Positions 13,850 through 25,736 of a stretch of 64,000 nucleotides of DNA are shown here, piece after piece. How positions within the stretch are numbered: position 1 is the stretch's first letter; each line of letters starts with the position of its first letter. The position numbers were made by a program, and so were the translations under genes. The DNA is taken from the NCBI GenBank assembly GCA_951406725.2, contig OX597817.1:79422001-79486000 (forward strand), given 5' to 3'. The notes beneath the pieces were generated by a model that ran no database searches, had not been told where the DNA came from, and saw only the letters and a program-made list of their open reading frames with translations. Source of the DNA: Octopus vulgaris (Eukaryota).

Positions 13850-14084
13850 AGAATTTACGGAAAACTGAAAGAAGACAGGTGTGTAAACAACAAACTGATG
13901 TAATTCTTTAACGCTCAGGAAGTGAGAAAGTCTTTTACATTTCGAGCCTACATTCTTTGATGGAAAGGAACACAGAAATATACAGGGAGAGAAAATAGAA
14001 AAAGGTATAGTGGCTAGCAATCTATCATGGTAAATCCCAGACAGAGGGGTCACACAGGAGAGCTAGGGAGAGAGGGAGATAAAG

Positions 14085-14085
<1 letters not shown>
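13844..14085 (-). mobile_element. Penelope-derived short element with decayed hammerhead, (TA)n on both sides
   Basis: Homologous to 63527-63685; minus strand 13931-13968 reads cuuu CCAUCAA AGAAUguagGCUC GAAAUGUA AAAG (degenerate HHR). Confidence 0.65.
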
Positions 14086-14126
<41 letters not shown>

Positions 14127-14145
14127 GTGTGTATGTATATTTATT

Positions 14146-14191
<46 letters not shown>

Positions 14192-14339
14192 GAGAGAGAG
14201 AGAGACACACACACATACATATATATATATATACATATATTTACATATTTGTTCATAATATGTATATGTATATATAATATATATATACACACATATACAA
14301 ACACACATGCACACACACACACACATACATATACATGTG

Positions 14340-14798
14340 CACCGTGTTGTATCAACTCATTAAACAAAATAAGCATATGCTTAGGGTATTAAGGGATGGA
14401 GGCACCACAGAAATGAAAATGGTTTACACCACAAAAAAAATCACTTGAAACTTGCTAAAATAATATTTGTAATGCCTTATCTTTACAAAGTATAGAAGCA
14501 GAAGTTTTACATAAAATTAATTTTAACGATATCATCAAACACATTGCAATTAAAAAGAAAGAGAAAAGACGGTGAAAACTTTTCAAATATGAATAAAATG
14601 GAAGTATACAAAAATAAACATTATTTTCTGTCTTACTGTGAATTTTGTTTCATTCTGAAAAATAAAAATTTATTTTATGGTTTATAATTTTTTACATTTT
14701 GAATTAATTTTGTTTACATTTTGCACCGTTTACATGTACTTGAGGGCACCAAAACCTTTTAAGTGCTTAGGGCTTCTATAGGTCTTTATCCAGCCCTG
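14340..14798 (-). mobile_element. hAT-like non-autonomous DNA element (one clear end)
   Basis: Minus-strand end cagggctggataaagacc; 14672-14780 has a diverged inverted copy at 18508-18618; left boundary uncertain. Confidence 0.45.
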
Positions 14799-15239
14799 CA
14801 GGTGAATACTAATTAGTACCATAACAGTGCTACCTATTATTACGATTATAGTAATTATATTGACGAGCCTGAATATCATAATGAGAGTGAAACTGATGAT
14901 GATGATGATGATGACAACGATGATGGTGATGGTGATGATGATGATGATGAGAATGATAATGACCACGATTTCGACATCTATAATGGTGATGCAATATATG
15001 ATTACAAAGATATGAATGATGTCCACTATGTGTGTGAATAATGATTATATCAATGCTAATGTTGACAGTGATAATGGAAATGATGATGATGATGATGATG
15101 ATATTGATGATGACATTTAAGTTGTGAAAGAACAATATAATTCAGGACTGTGAGGAAGATATTACTGTAGAGGTTGGTGGCAAATTACAGCCAAATGAAG
15201 AAAATGTGTGTTAAAAATCTTAGACCAACTGAGATTATC

Positions 15240-16300
15240 TGAACAATCGATGTCCAAAATCAGCAATCAAGGGGAATAATTTTAATAAGCTCAGTTGATT
15301 GAATGTACAATACAGACACGGCTGATTAGGTGATGTAGTTGTTTCAGCTCAGGGATATTTGACATGGTCTGAGAAGTGTAACAGGACTCACTGTTGTATG
15401 TGCTCAAAGATCTTTATATTTAGGCCTTTTTAGACAGATAGATAAGGAAGTAAGGTGAGATAGAGACAGGAATTGAAAACTTTTGGGAGATTAAGGCTTT
15501 GCCTTGGAGTTTATTTTCTGGTGGGGTATGAAAGACCTACTGCCAGGGCCAATGGCCTTAGCAGTTTAACCCTTTCATTACTGTATTTATTTTGAGATGC
15601 TCTGTGTTTTTGTCAATTAAATATAACAAAGAATTTAGTAAAACAACTTAGTTATCATTAAGCTAGTGTTAGGAACATAAGTTGTGACTAAGGTTTGGTG
15701 GAAGATTTTAATTCAAAACTTATGAAAACAAGACATTTGTACTCAGAGCCTGAGCCGGTTTCAGCCGGGTTGGTAACAAATGGGTAAAGAGACAGAGATA
15801 CTTTCATGATTCACATGTACTTGGTGATCTTAGAGGAGTTGAAAAGAAACATTTGGAGATTAACCAAGCATGTACAGTGTGAAGCTAGATGTAAAGCTGG
15901 CAGCAAATAAGAAGCCTTATTTTGCATGAGTACTACTTACATAACCATTTTATTTAAGAAGCTGTCAGCTGAGAGTTCCTATAAATTTGGCAGAGATTCT
16001 TTTGAAAATAGACAAAAAATGGGCTCTAGTTTGGGAAGATTGCCAAAGATATGGCTTCTGTACTCATGGCATCGATATAAAGTGAGCTGGAGAGCCAAGA
16101 ACAACTTTGAAATTATGGAGAGTGAGGACTCTGGATGAGGATGAGTTGAAAAAAGTGGTTTGATATCTAGAGAGAGGTATAGTGAAAGAGTTTCTGGTGT
16201 GTGAGCTTCTTCAGAAAATGATAATGGAAGATATACATGGAGGGGATTGGGAGACTTATAGGCAGAGTAACTAGAAACCCTTTCTACGAATAACCAGGTG
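15240..16300 (-). mobile_element. Decayed CR1-group LINE RT C-terminal fragment
   Basis: Minus strand encodes YRCHEYRSHIFG, resembling the RP.MEYCSHIWG motif of CR1/Zenon-type ORF2; many stops; boundaries approximate. Confidence 0.4.
15570..15784. mobile_element. piggyBac-like MITE
   Basis: TTAA-ccctttcattac ... ggtaacaaatggg-taaa; related copies near 35524-35990 and 36340-36615. Confidence 0.6.
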
Positions 16301-16837
16301 AGACAGGCAAGTGATATGATAAATGGAATCTACATATGCACAGACACAAACTTTTGTGAAATTTGAGTAAATACTGTAACCTGAACAAAAAGGTTGAACT
16401 GCATATTTGCAGATTCCCAGTCTGGACAACAAATTTCTGTCAATATTATGAATCTGAATGCTGTTGTTGTGGAAAACACAAAACAAACGGCACTGGAATT
16501 AGTGAAATAGTTCAATTCATGTCACACTTCAATCATAAAACACTATCATGACCTAAGGAAGAGCCTAAATTTGGTTAGTGAGTGCCTTATCATCTTGCTG
16601 CTTATTAGCTTAATCAAAGAGATGCCTTCAGCTACTGAATCTTTCCTCACAAACAATAAAAAATAGGTTCTCTAGAATATCCAATGGAAATGAAAATAGT
16701 TAGCATCCAATGAAGATGGAGAATCCAAACCTGGGCTACACCTGAAAAAATTATAGTGGCTAGCGATCTATTATGGTGAATGCCAGACAGAGGGGTCACA
16801 CAGGAGAGCTAGGGAAGAGGGTGAGATAATAAAGTAA

Positions 16838-18443
16838 TCTATATATATAAAACTGAGAATGTGTGTCTGTCTGTCTGTGTGTTTCCCTACAACTTGAGAA
16901 CTATACAACCAATTACTTTAAAATTTTACACATGTCTTACTTAGGGTCCATGTAGTTTCATGGGCAAAAGAAATGTTCAACCTCTTGCCTATGGCAAGCC
17001 CATAGCAATATCATATCTTCTCCACTATTTCAGTATTACATATCAAAAGTGAAACAAAAACATTTCTCTATTTTATGTCAGATACTTTCACTTTAACAAT
17101 AAAAATTAGAGATAATAATGACAAGTGAATCATATGTAGTAAGTAATAATTAAAATCAAACTAAAGTATAATATAATAATTAAATCGTAACATAACAAAA
17201 GTAAAAATAGCAATTGGTATAAAATTGCATCAATGACTTGAACTTGAATAAGTGGTTTCACATGAATGGGAATAAATTAAAAATAAAATTAGTGTGCAGA
17301 AATGGAATAGTCCAGATGGAGCTGTGCACATACCCTTTACCATGGCTTTTATATTAGATTATCTGCTAATTAGCTAGCATTAAGTATCTATATGACGTTT
17401 GGCTGTATGTAATGTCTGTTTTATCGAACAGCCGCCTCTACTGAGTACTGCTGTTGGTTTATTTCTTATACATAAAGGACTATAGCTTCAACTGCGTACT
17501 GCTTTTTGATTCACTGTAAGGTTTGTTGTTATTATTACTGTTTAAGTATTGTTTCACATTTTTTGGTTCCTCGTAAGGGAAACGTTGTTGTGTTGCATTT
17601 GTTAAATAATTGTAAACCATAACCCTCCCCCTTTGGGAGAACGAGCTTTGGTTATTGTTTAAAAATTGAATTGTGTCTCTGTTTGGGGAAATTGACAATA
17701 TTTTCACCATTTATACAGAAGCATTTTTGTTAAAATGCCTTCGATAGAAGAAAGTCCAAAAATGAATTTCGCTGCAGCCGTCGGCAGGCGCAAACTCATT
17801 AAAATTAAAATGGAAGAAATACAAACCTATTTCGGATTGGTCAACAACAAAGACAGTGAATCTAGGATAACACCACCAAATGAAATGAAAAATTAAATCA
17901 AAGAAAAGACTATTGTCTATAAAGTATACAAAGTAGAGAAAAAAAAGATTTGAACACCTGGAGGAAAGCACCATCGAAAAGTGTCTTGGTGCAGCTATGA
18001 AAGATATCAAGAATCTAACCAGAGGCGGTAAATTCGCCACCATAGAAGCAGGGTTCGAGTCAACGGAGCATGCAAGGGAGTACTCGACTCGAACCTTGCA
18101 AAGTGGAAATATTTTATTTTCACCTTTATATCTGGGACGTAGGACGTCCCGGATAAAAATTAAAAATGTCCCCCCAGAAGTAGAGGTGGGCTGGATTGTA
18201 GCCACACTTCTATACAAGAGGGAGGACAAGATCCATTTGATCGAAATTGCAAGAGACAGGCCTACAATTCCAGTCTGTTATATATTTTGAGTATTGTTAT
18301 CACTAGCGATATCAAGATATAACTTTGTATTTTGTATTTTATGTGTAGATGTATATATATAGATGTGTAATATGTACACATATATATACACATATATACA
18401 TGCACTAGTACTATGACCCGACAACGATGAGTCATAATGCTAG
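16838..18443 (+). mobile_element. Non-autonomous Helitron containing a LINE ORF1 fragment
   Basis: 5' A^TCtatatatataaaac; 3' imperfect hairpin tatgacccg..gagtcata then CTAG^T. Confidence 0.7.
17900..18270 (+). pseudogene. Tx1/L1-like LINE ORF1 fragment
   Basis: ESTIEKCLGAAMKDIKNLTRGGKFATIEAGFEST...LYLGRRTSRIKIKNVPPEVEVGWIVA aligns by eye with the 52500-52800 ORF1 that carries a CCHC knuckle. Confidence 0.55.
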
Positions 18444-18458
18444 TATATATATATATAC

Positions 18459-18502
<44 letters not shown>

Positions 18503-19199
18503 CACCCATAGAAGCCCTAAGCAATGAAAAGGTTTTGGTGTCCTCAAGTGTATATAAATGACTCGAAAGGTAAATAAAAATTATTCAAAATGTAAATGAT
18601 AATAAACTATAAAAAATATGGGCTACACCTGAAAAAAGTTTGGTAGGATATGAGCAGTGTCATCTATCATGAAATATTAAACCAAACCAAAAACAGATGA
18701 TTCAGAGAAATATTGTTGTCATATAGAAGCTGCACAAAAAATTGCAGGAAAAGACCAACAATTTCGGGAGAGAGATAAATCAATCACATTGACAACATAA
18801 AATAAAAATAAAAATAAAATAAAAATAAAAATAAGAAATAAGTGGAAATTTTACTGATGAATGTGTTACCTTATAAGGCACAAAAAGAAAATGATTCTCC
18901 CCAGACACAACAGAATATGCTTCAACACACAAACTCATATAAAGAATCTTGCAAACCAAATCCCAAAATGAAATATTGACAAGTGTTCAACTAGTACTTA
19001 TTTTATTGACCCTTAAAGGATGAAAGACAAAATCAACCTCAGTTGAAATTGAACTCAGAATATGACGACGGACGAAATTGTTTTGCCCAACATATTATCG
19101 ATTCTGCCAGTTCGAAGTGCCCAGGATTAATCTGTCATAAAGGGTTGTTGCCCTCACACTATTATATATAAGTCCACATATTACCCAAATCACTCAGGA

Positions 19200-19440
19200 G
19201 AACATTATGTCTCTAAATACGGACATTTGCTGCATCTTCATGATCTTGCTCTAACTGATCATTACAATAAAATTAGAGCGAAAACAGTTTAATAACTGAG
19301 AAGGAGGTAAAAATGATGTTGATTATTTCTTTGCTTCAAATCTTGAAGAATTTTATGCCTGAGGGATGAACAATTTGCCAAACAGATAGAATTATGTTAT
19401 CAATCATGAAGGGAAATATCATCTTGATTAATATATCTTT
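19200..19440 (+). pseudogene. mariner transposase C-terminal remnant
   Basis: DLALTDH (cf. DLAPSDY) and DVDYFFASNLEEFYA*GMNNLPNR*NYVINHEGKY resemble the mariner C-terminus. Confidence 0.6.
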
Positions 19441-19600
19441 GAGACCAAAGACGATTTTGTTTCTTTCATATCTCAACAGGACTTTCTTTCCAACTTAATA
19501 TTTAAACTTCTCCTTGAGTACAGCAACTGTACATGCAAAACACTTCTATTTATTTTTCTGTTTTATTCTCATCAGAGGACCACTGTCTGAAATGTTGAGC

Positions 19601-19664
<64 letters not shown>

Positions 19665-19894
19665 ATTTCTTCTTCACAGAGTATCACCAAAATCTATTTA
19701 TTGTATATTCTTGTTTACTCTGTTTTCTTCTTTGTTGTCCTTGATACTCTTTTCTTTTACTGAATTAACATTATTTGAAGTAGAACCAGCTTTTGAATGG
19801 TGTAAATAAATTTCAGTATATTACTGGTATAATGTTAAAGGCAACAAAAGGACAAACTGTACAAAAGACCAAATTATTCTTTAAACATAAAGGA

Positions 19895-19935
<41 letters not shown>

Positions 19936-20144
19936 TAGAAATATATATATAACCACTTAAATGTATAATATATAACTTAGATATATTTTACTTTGACTTT
20001 TATGTTTTGATTGTTGTCCATTCTTCCAATATTTCTACTCCATTTTCTTTAAAAATTCCACTTCTATTTGTTCCTTCTCCAATCTTTTTCCTCTTCTTCT
20101 TCCCCTCCCCCTCCATCTTCTTTATCAACATCACTGTCATCATT

Positions 20145-20188
<44 letters not shown>

Positions 20189-20339
20189 TTTATTCCTTCA
20201 GTGTTCACAAGTTTTTCTTTGAGGAAAAAAAAGAAATTCCTCTAAACCAAAATTTTTATATATTTATTTTTAATTTTTAATCAGAAGACTGAAAGAACTT
20301 GGCTCCCAAACTTCATTTCCATCATCAGAACCATGTCAA

Positions 20340-20525
20340 AGGTTGCTGATTGAATTCTCTTGGTGCCAATCAGGATATTAAACCATTTCCTGCCAATAAC
20401 TGGATAGGGGTGGGTGTAGATTGAATGCCAAAAATGGTAAAGCAGAATAAATTTTCCTGATTGGTTAGCAAATTACCTGAATTTAAGAATTTACATCCCA
20501 TCTGTGAGTTGCCATGGTTACTTGA
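20340..20525. promoter_or_regulatory. Candidate promoter/enhancer: three CCAAT boxes plus RFX X-box
   Basis: CCAAT at 20366 and 20393, ATTGG at 20460; GTTGCCATGGTTAC at 20508-20521, in apparently non-repetitive sequence. Confidence 0.35.
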
Positions 20526-20731
20526 CACATGTATGTGCGTGCCTCTATTAGAACTAGAAAGAAACTAGTCAATGGCATTAGCTGTTTTTTTTCTTTTGTT
20601 CATAAAGCGAAGGGCCATATAAACATGTGTGTCTGTGTATGAGTGTTTGTGTGTGTGTGTTGGTATACATGAAAAAAAAACACACATGTAAACATATGCA
20701 TGGATGTATATGTCCACGTGTGTGTGTGTGC

Positions 20732-20768
<37 letters not shown>

Positions 20769-20908
20769 GGTGTGGCTGTGTGATAAGAAGCTTGCTTCCC
20801 AACAACATGGCTCTGCGTTCAGTCCAACTGCATGGCACCTTGGGCAAGTTTCTTCTACTATAGCCTCAGGCCGACCAAAATCTTGCGAGTGCGTTTGGAA
20901 GACTGAAA

Positions 20909-20990
<82 letters not shown>

Positions 20991-21265
20991 TGGCTAATCT
21001 GGCAAAATGACCATTCCGAAATATAACAATATATATATGTGTATGTATGTATATGTATATATTTAAGTGTGTCTTTCTGTGTATGCTCACCCCTGCATTG
21101 CTTGACAACCGATGTTGGTGTGATTACGTCCTCATAAGTTAGTGGTTCAGCAAAAGAGACCGATAGAATAAGTACTAGGCTTAAAAAGAATAAGTCCTGG
21201 GGTCGATTTATTCGACTAAAGGCGGTACTCCAGCATGGCCACAGTCAAATGTCTGCAGCAAATAA
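20769..21265 (+). mobile_element. SINE family B copy
   Basis: Same head and tail as 5838-6320, internal (CA)n/(TA)n. Confidence 0.8.
20989..21028 (+). mobile_element. Solitary 40-bp terminus of the 23-kb palindromic element family
   Basis: ttggctaatctggcaaaatgaccattccgaaatataaca nearly identical to 23501-23539; sits in (TA)n. Confidence 0.8.
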
Positions 21266-21334
21266 AAAATATGAGAATATATATATGTATACATATGCAT
21301 ACATATTCATATGTATGTATGTATATATATAATA

Positions 21335-21408
<74 letters not shown>

Positions 21409-21442
21409 CATATGAATATGTATGCATGTGTATACAAATATA

Positions 21443-22355
21443 CAGGGTGCGCTCGGTAAATTGTCGCCATTTTATATTTTAATTTTCGCGCATGTGCATT
21501 GTTTGTCTTTGATTTTGTCAACTGCACAGTATAGTAGGGTCAATTGGGCACCATCTGTGAGAAAAACAGTACCATGTCGCAATTCACTCTGCCACAAACT
21601 TGGAAACGACATGCTATACTGCTTGGCATTCGCGATGGAAGCTCCAATACGAACATTTCAGAGTGTTCGTGTGTAAATCTGAGGACAGTGCAGAGTATTC
21701 GGAAAGAGTCGAATCAATCTATTGGATATTACGAAAGTACGGTAGCTCGGAAACTCACTCTGATCGTTCTGATAAGAAAAGAAATCCGGAATTTGGTGGT
21801 AAGAACCAGACCATGACTGACAACAATCCCTCCAAGTCAAGCAGGTCCATCGCCAGGGACATGGGAGCGTCTGAGTTTCTTATCAGGCAGGTAGTGCATG
21901 AAGACATTCGGTATACCTCATACAAGATGAGAATGAACCAATTTTTATCCCAAGCCATTAAGGACAAGAGGTAAGACCACTCTACGAAGCTTTTGAACAA
22001 ACTCAAGCATCCCATCCAACCGAACATGCTTTGATTTTTCGCAGACGAGAAAAATTTCTGCCAGGATCAAATGGTGAACACACAGAATAATCCTTGGCTT
22101 GCCGTTACCCCAAAATATGTACTGAGAGGGATAAAAATCAAACATCCATTCAACATCATGGAGTTTGGAGTGATCAGTAGTGATGGTGACGTTATACCAC
22201 CATTCTTCATACCACAGCCTCACACTCAATACAGAGGCCTATACCAAGTGCTGGCAGGAGGTAGGACTGTCCTGGCTCAAGAGGGTGACTGCTGGAAGGC
22301 CCTATGTCTAGCAACAGGACTCTGCACCATGCCTCATAGCAAGAGAACCCAGTCA
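21443..22355 (+). pseudogene. Tc1/mariner (maT/DD37D-like) transposon, decayed
   Basis: TA-cagggtg start; frameshifted transposase with SSRSIARDMG, FFADEKNF, MEFGVISSDG, QQDSAPC motifs. Confidence 0.85.
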
Positions 22356-22490
22356 TTTTTACTTTTTAATTTTCATATTTCCGTTTTCCGTTTACCGTCT
22401 TTTAACCTTCCCCATTTTTTATATGCTTCCTTCTCAGCTTTTCACATTTCTTCTCTCATTCAATTTTTAGCTGGCTATGATATGTCGTTT

Positions 22491-22545
22491 GTGCCTGATG
22501 AATATGTTTGAGGTAATTCTCAACATAGGCAACTATTAGTAGCAC
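22491..22545 (+). ncRNA. Type-I hammerhead ribozyme motif (GAAA mutated)
   Basis: GUGC CUGAUGA A UAUGUUuGAG-guaauu-CUCAACAUA gGCAA CUA-u-UAG UA^ GCAC; three stems intact; immediately upstream of (TA)n. Confidence 0.65.
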
Positions 22546-22587
22546 ATAAAACATGTACAATATATATATATATATTTATATACATAG

Positions 22588-22628
<41 letters not shown>

Positions 22629-22680
22629 TATATATATATATAGTTATATATATATATATATAGTGTTATATATATATATA

Positions 22681-23068
22681 TGGAGGCGCAATGGCCCAGT
22701 GGTTAGGGCAGCGGACCCGCGGTCGTAGGATCGCGGTTTCGATTCCCAGATCGGGCGTTGTGAGTGTTTATTGAGCGAAAACACCTAAAGCTCCACGTGG
22801 CTCCGGCAGGGGATGGTGGTGATCCCTGCTGTACTCTTTCACTACAACTTTCTCTCACTCTTACTTCCTGTTTCTGTTGTACCTGTATTTCAAAGGACCG
22901 GCCTTGTCACTCTCTGTGTCACGCTGAATCACCCTAAGAACTACGTTATGGGTACACGTGTCTGTGGAGTGCTCAGCCACTTACACGTTAATTTCACGAG
23001 CAGGCTGTTTCGTTGATCGGATCAACCGGAACCCTCGTCGTCGTAACCGACGGAGTGCTTCCATTCCA
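22681..23068 (+). mobile_element. Young tRNA-derived SINE (family C)
   Basis: A/B boxes (tggcccagtggttagg, gtttcgattccc); highly similar to 38683-39069. Confidence 0.85.
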
Positions 23069-23199
23069 TATATATATATATAGTTATATTTCGGAATGGT
23101 CATAATGCCAGTTTAGCCAATAAAAACACACGCACTATATATTTGGTGTTATTTTGCTTCAGTGTTATTTATTTTTTGCATTAATCTTAATCTTATTTC

Positions 23200-23243
23200 G
23201 GCCAGAGTTCTTTCGTCACACTCCTGTGACCGCATCAGTGGTC
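23200..23243 (-). ncRNA. Hammerhead ribozyme motif (left arm)
   Basis: Exact reverse complement of 23378-23421. Confidence 0.65.
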
Positions 23244-23377
23244 CTTTGTTTTCTTCTTTCTTATTTGTGTCTCTCCTTACTAACCGTCAGCCATGCGCAA
23301 ATGAAGACATACAATAGAAATACAAAATGGCTGACGGTTAGTAAGGAGAGACACAAATAAGAAAGAAGAAAACAAAG

Positions 23378-23421
23378 GACCACTGATGCGGTCACAGGAG
23401 TGTGACGAAAGAACTCTGGCC
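23378..23421 (+). ncRNA. Hammerhead ribozyme motif, A9>C variant (right arm)
   Basis: gaCCA CUGAUGC G GUCACA-ggag-UGUGAC GAAA G-aa-C UC^ UGGcc. Confidence 0.65.
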
Positions 23422-24329
23422 GAAATAAGATTAAGATTAATGCAAAAAATAAATAACACTGAAGCAAAATAACACCAAATATATAGTGCGTGTGTTTTTA
23501 TTGGCTAAACTGGCAATATGACCATTCCGAAATATAACAATATCTGTGTGTGTGTGTGTGTATACATACAGGTATGTGTGTGTGCGTGCGTGTTTGTGTG
23601 TGGGTGTGTGTATCGTGGACTCTCCTGTCGTTGATGACAGATGAAGAGTCTGCAATTTCTCGGTAAACGACATGCACAGGTGGTGTGTTTATAATAATCA
23701 AATATTTGTGTAGCTCGTCAGCTCATTCCTTCCATCAAATCGGCGTTGTCTGAATACATACACGGTGTGTCATTGCCTGGTGGGGATTTGATTTCAGAAT
23801 AACGTGAGATCAAGTGTTTTGCTCAAGAACACAATGCTCCACTCAGTTGGGAAATCGAAAGCATGATCTTGCTATCGTGTATACAAAACCCCAATCACTA
23901 GGCCACGACCCCCTATAAATATATATTTACATACACACACACACACAAACACTCACACATAGACAAACATAAATAAATATACATACACATACATATATGT
24001 ATAGAAAAACATATACATATATACATTTACAAATACATATAATTGTATAAACTCGCATCCACACATACATGTAAGGTGCAAGTATGGCTGTAAAGGAAAG
24101 TTTGCAATCAAGAGATCCCGAGGTTTGATACAATGGCATGACATATTTTCCTATAGCCTTGGGTCAGCTCTCTTATCCTGATGATAAAACTAATTTTATA
24201 ACGCATTTTATACACTGAGATATAGAAACAAAATTATTATTATTGGCTAGTAAAGTATATCATAGTTCAGAAGAGCAGCGGTTATCTGTCTTGCGTTACA
24301 TAATGGAAATTACAGTAAATTACATAATC

Positions 24330-24900
24330 AATATTGAATGTCCAATCGTCAGACACATCTAACCGTTATACAACTGTTACGTTATGAGAAAAAGGCAATT
24401 CATGTTCGATAAAACTGGGAGAACCATGTGGTCCAGTTAAAGCGCTTGCTAAAGAAATTCAAGCACCTCGAAGAGCCCGATAAGTTCTGGCTCTTCTCTG
24501 ATGAAACAAACGTTCAATATTAAAGTACGATTAGGAGAAATACGAACAGGAGAAATGACAGATGGCTCTGCGTCAGCTCTACTAAAGTCCTCACTTTTAT
24601 GCGCACCAGTGTCCATCTTCTGCAATGATTTCATGGGTCTTGACAAACGAGTGTCATGTCATGTCCACTCATTTTTTTCTCGCAAGGTCTTAGGGTTAAT
24701 GCGGCAGCCTATCTCGAGATATTGGAGACGGTTGTCAAGCTCTGGATCAAGTGGGCTGTTTAGGACGGGTCGTATGTATTCCAGCAAGACGCTGCTCCTT
24801 CTCATATAAGCTGCACAAAACAAGTCCGAAAATTTTCACGATCATGTCACCCCGAGCATTTGGTCATCTAGCTCTCTTGATTTTGGGCCTATATTTCAAA
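24330..24900 (+). pseudogene. Second decayed Tc1/mariner (DD37D-like) transposase fragment
   Basis: FWLFSDE and VFQQDAAPSH motifs with frameshifts. Confidence 0.7.
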
Positions 24901-25384
24901 CGATTTAGGGTCAATTCCAGTAGCTTTCAGTTGGTGCTTATATCTTCGAAGAGGGCGACAATACGCACAATGTGTCAAACAAATTGAATTTTAATAATTG
25001 TTTAACAAATTCATTGGTTTCCTGATTTAATTTACATTGAATCTAAGGTGGATTTTAAAATATATTCCCCATTTCAATTGTCCCAGAATCAACAATTTTA
25101 TTGCCCCCTTCTTTACTAGTATAAAACAAACATTAGCAAAATGTTTTTACTCATCAAACCATAACTCATGTTAAAGGTGGACGTTATTTGCAATAAAGGC
25201 AACAGTGGAAAACTCAAACAGCAAATCTTTGATGATGTAACATTAGTAGTATGATAATGTTAAAATGATTATTTGTAATGTCTACAAAATATAAAATAAG
25301 TAACGTAACTTCATGGTACACAGCCATTATCGCGTCACAAAGATATTTTAACCGCTATGTTTTTGTCTTTTTGTATATATGTAT

Positions 25385-25432
<48 letters not shown>

Positions 25433-25705
25433 ATATATTTGTGTGTGTGTATGTATGTATATATGTATGAATGTGTATGTGTGAGAATGTATGTATGTAT
25501 ATATATATATATATATACTGTATATTTTTACACGCACACACAAATATATATATATATATATATATATACACCAAACCACTTATTAGCTACTAACTATATA
25601 TAAATATATGCACGCGCGCACACATTCATGTATATATATATATATATATGCAAATGTAAATACATATATACATACACACACATAATACATACATACATAC
25701 ATACA

Positions 25706-25736
<31 letters not shown>

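Larger units (their letters stand above)
23083..23538. mobile_element. Palindromic HHR-bearing element: 212-bp arms, 32-bp spacer
   Basis: 23083-23294 is the reverse complement of 23327-23538 with about one mismatch; flanked by TA/TG microsatellites. Confidence 0.9.

Noticed and set aside
23154-23467. Two near-identical 68-aa ORFs on opposite strands
   Set aside because: Consequence of the palindrome; no coding signature
24495-24515. ctgatgaaac motif (also near 3388, 27327 and 57317)
   Set aside because: CUGAUGA without stem II/GAAA/stem I; the 24.5-kb instance is the transposase SDE codons
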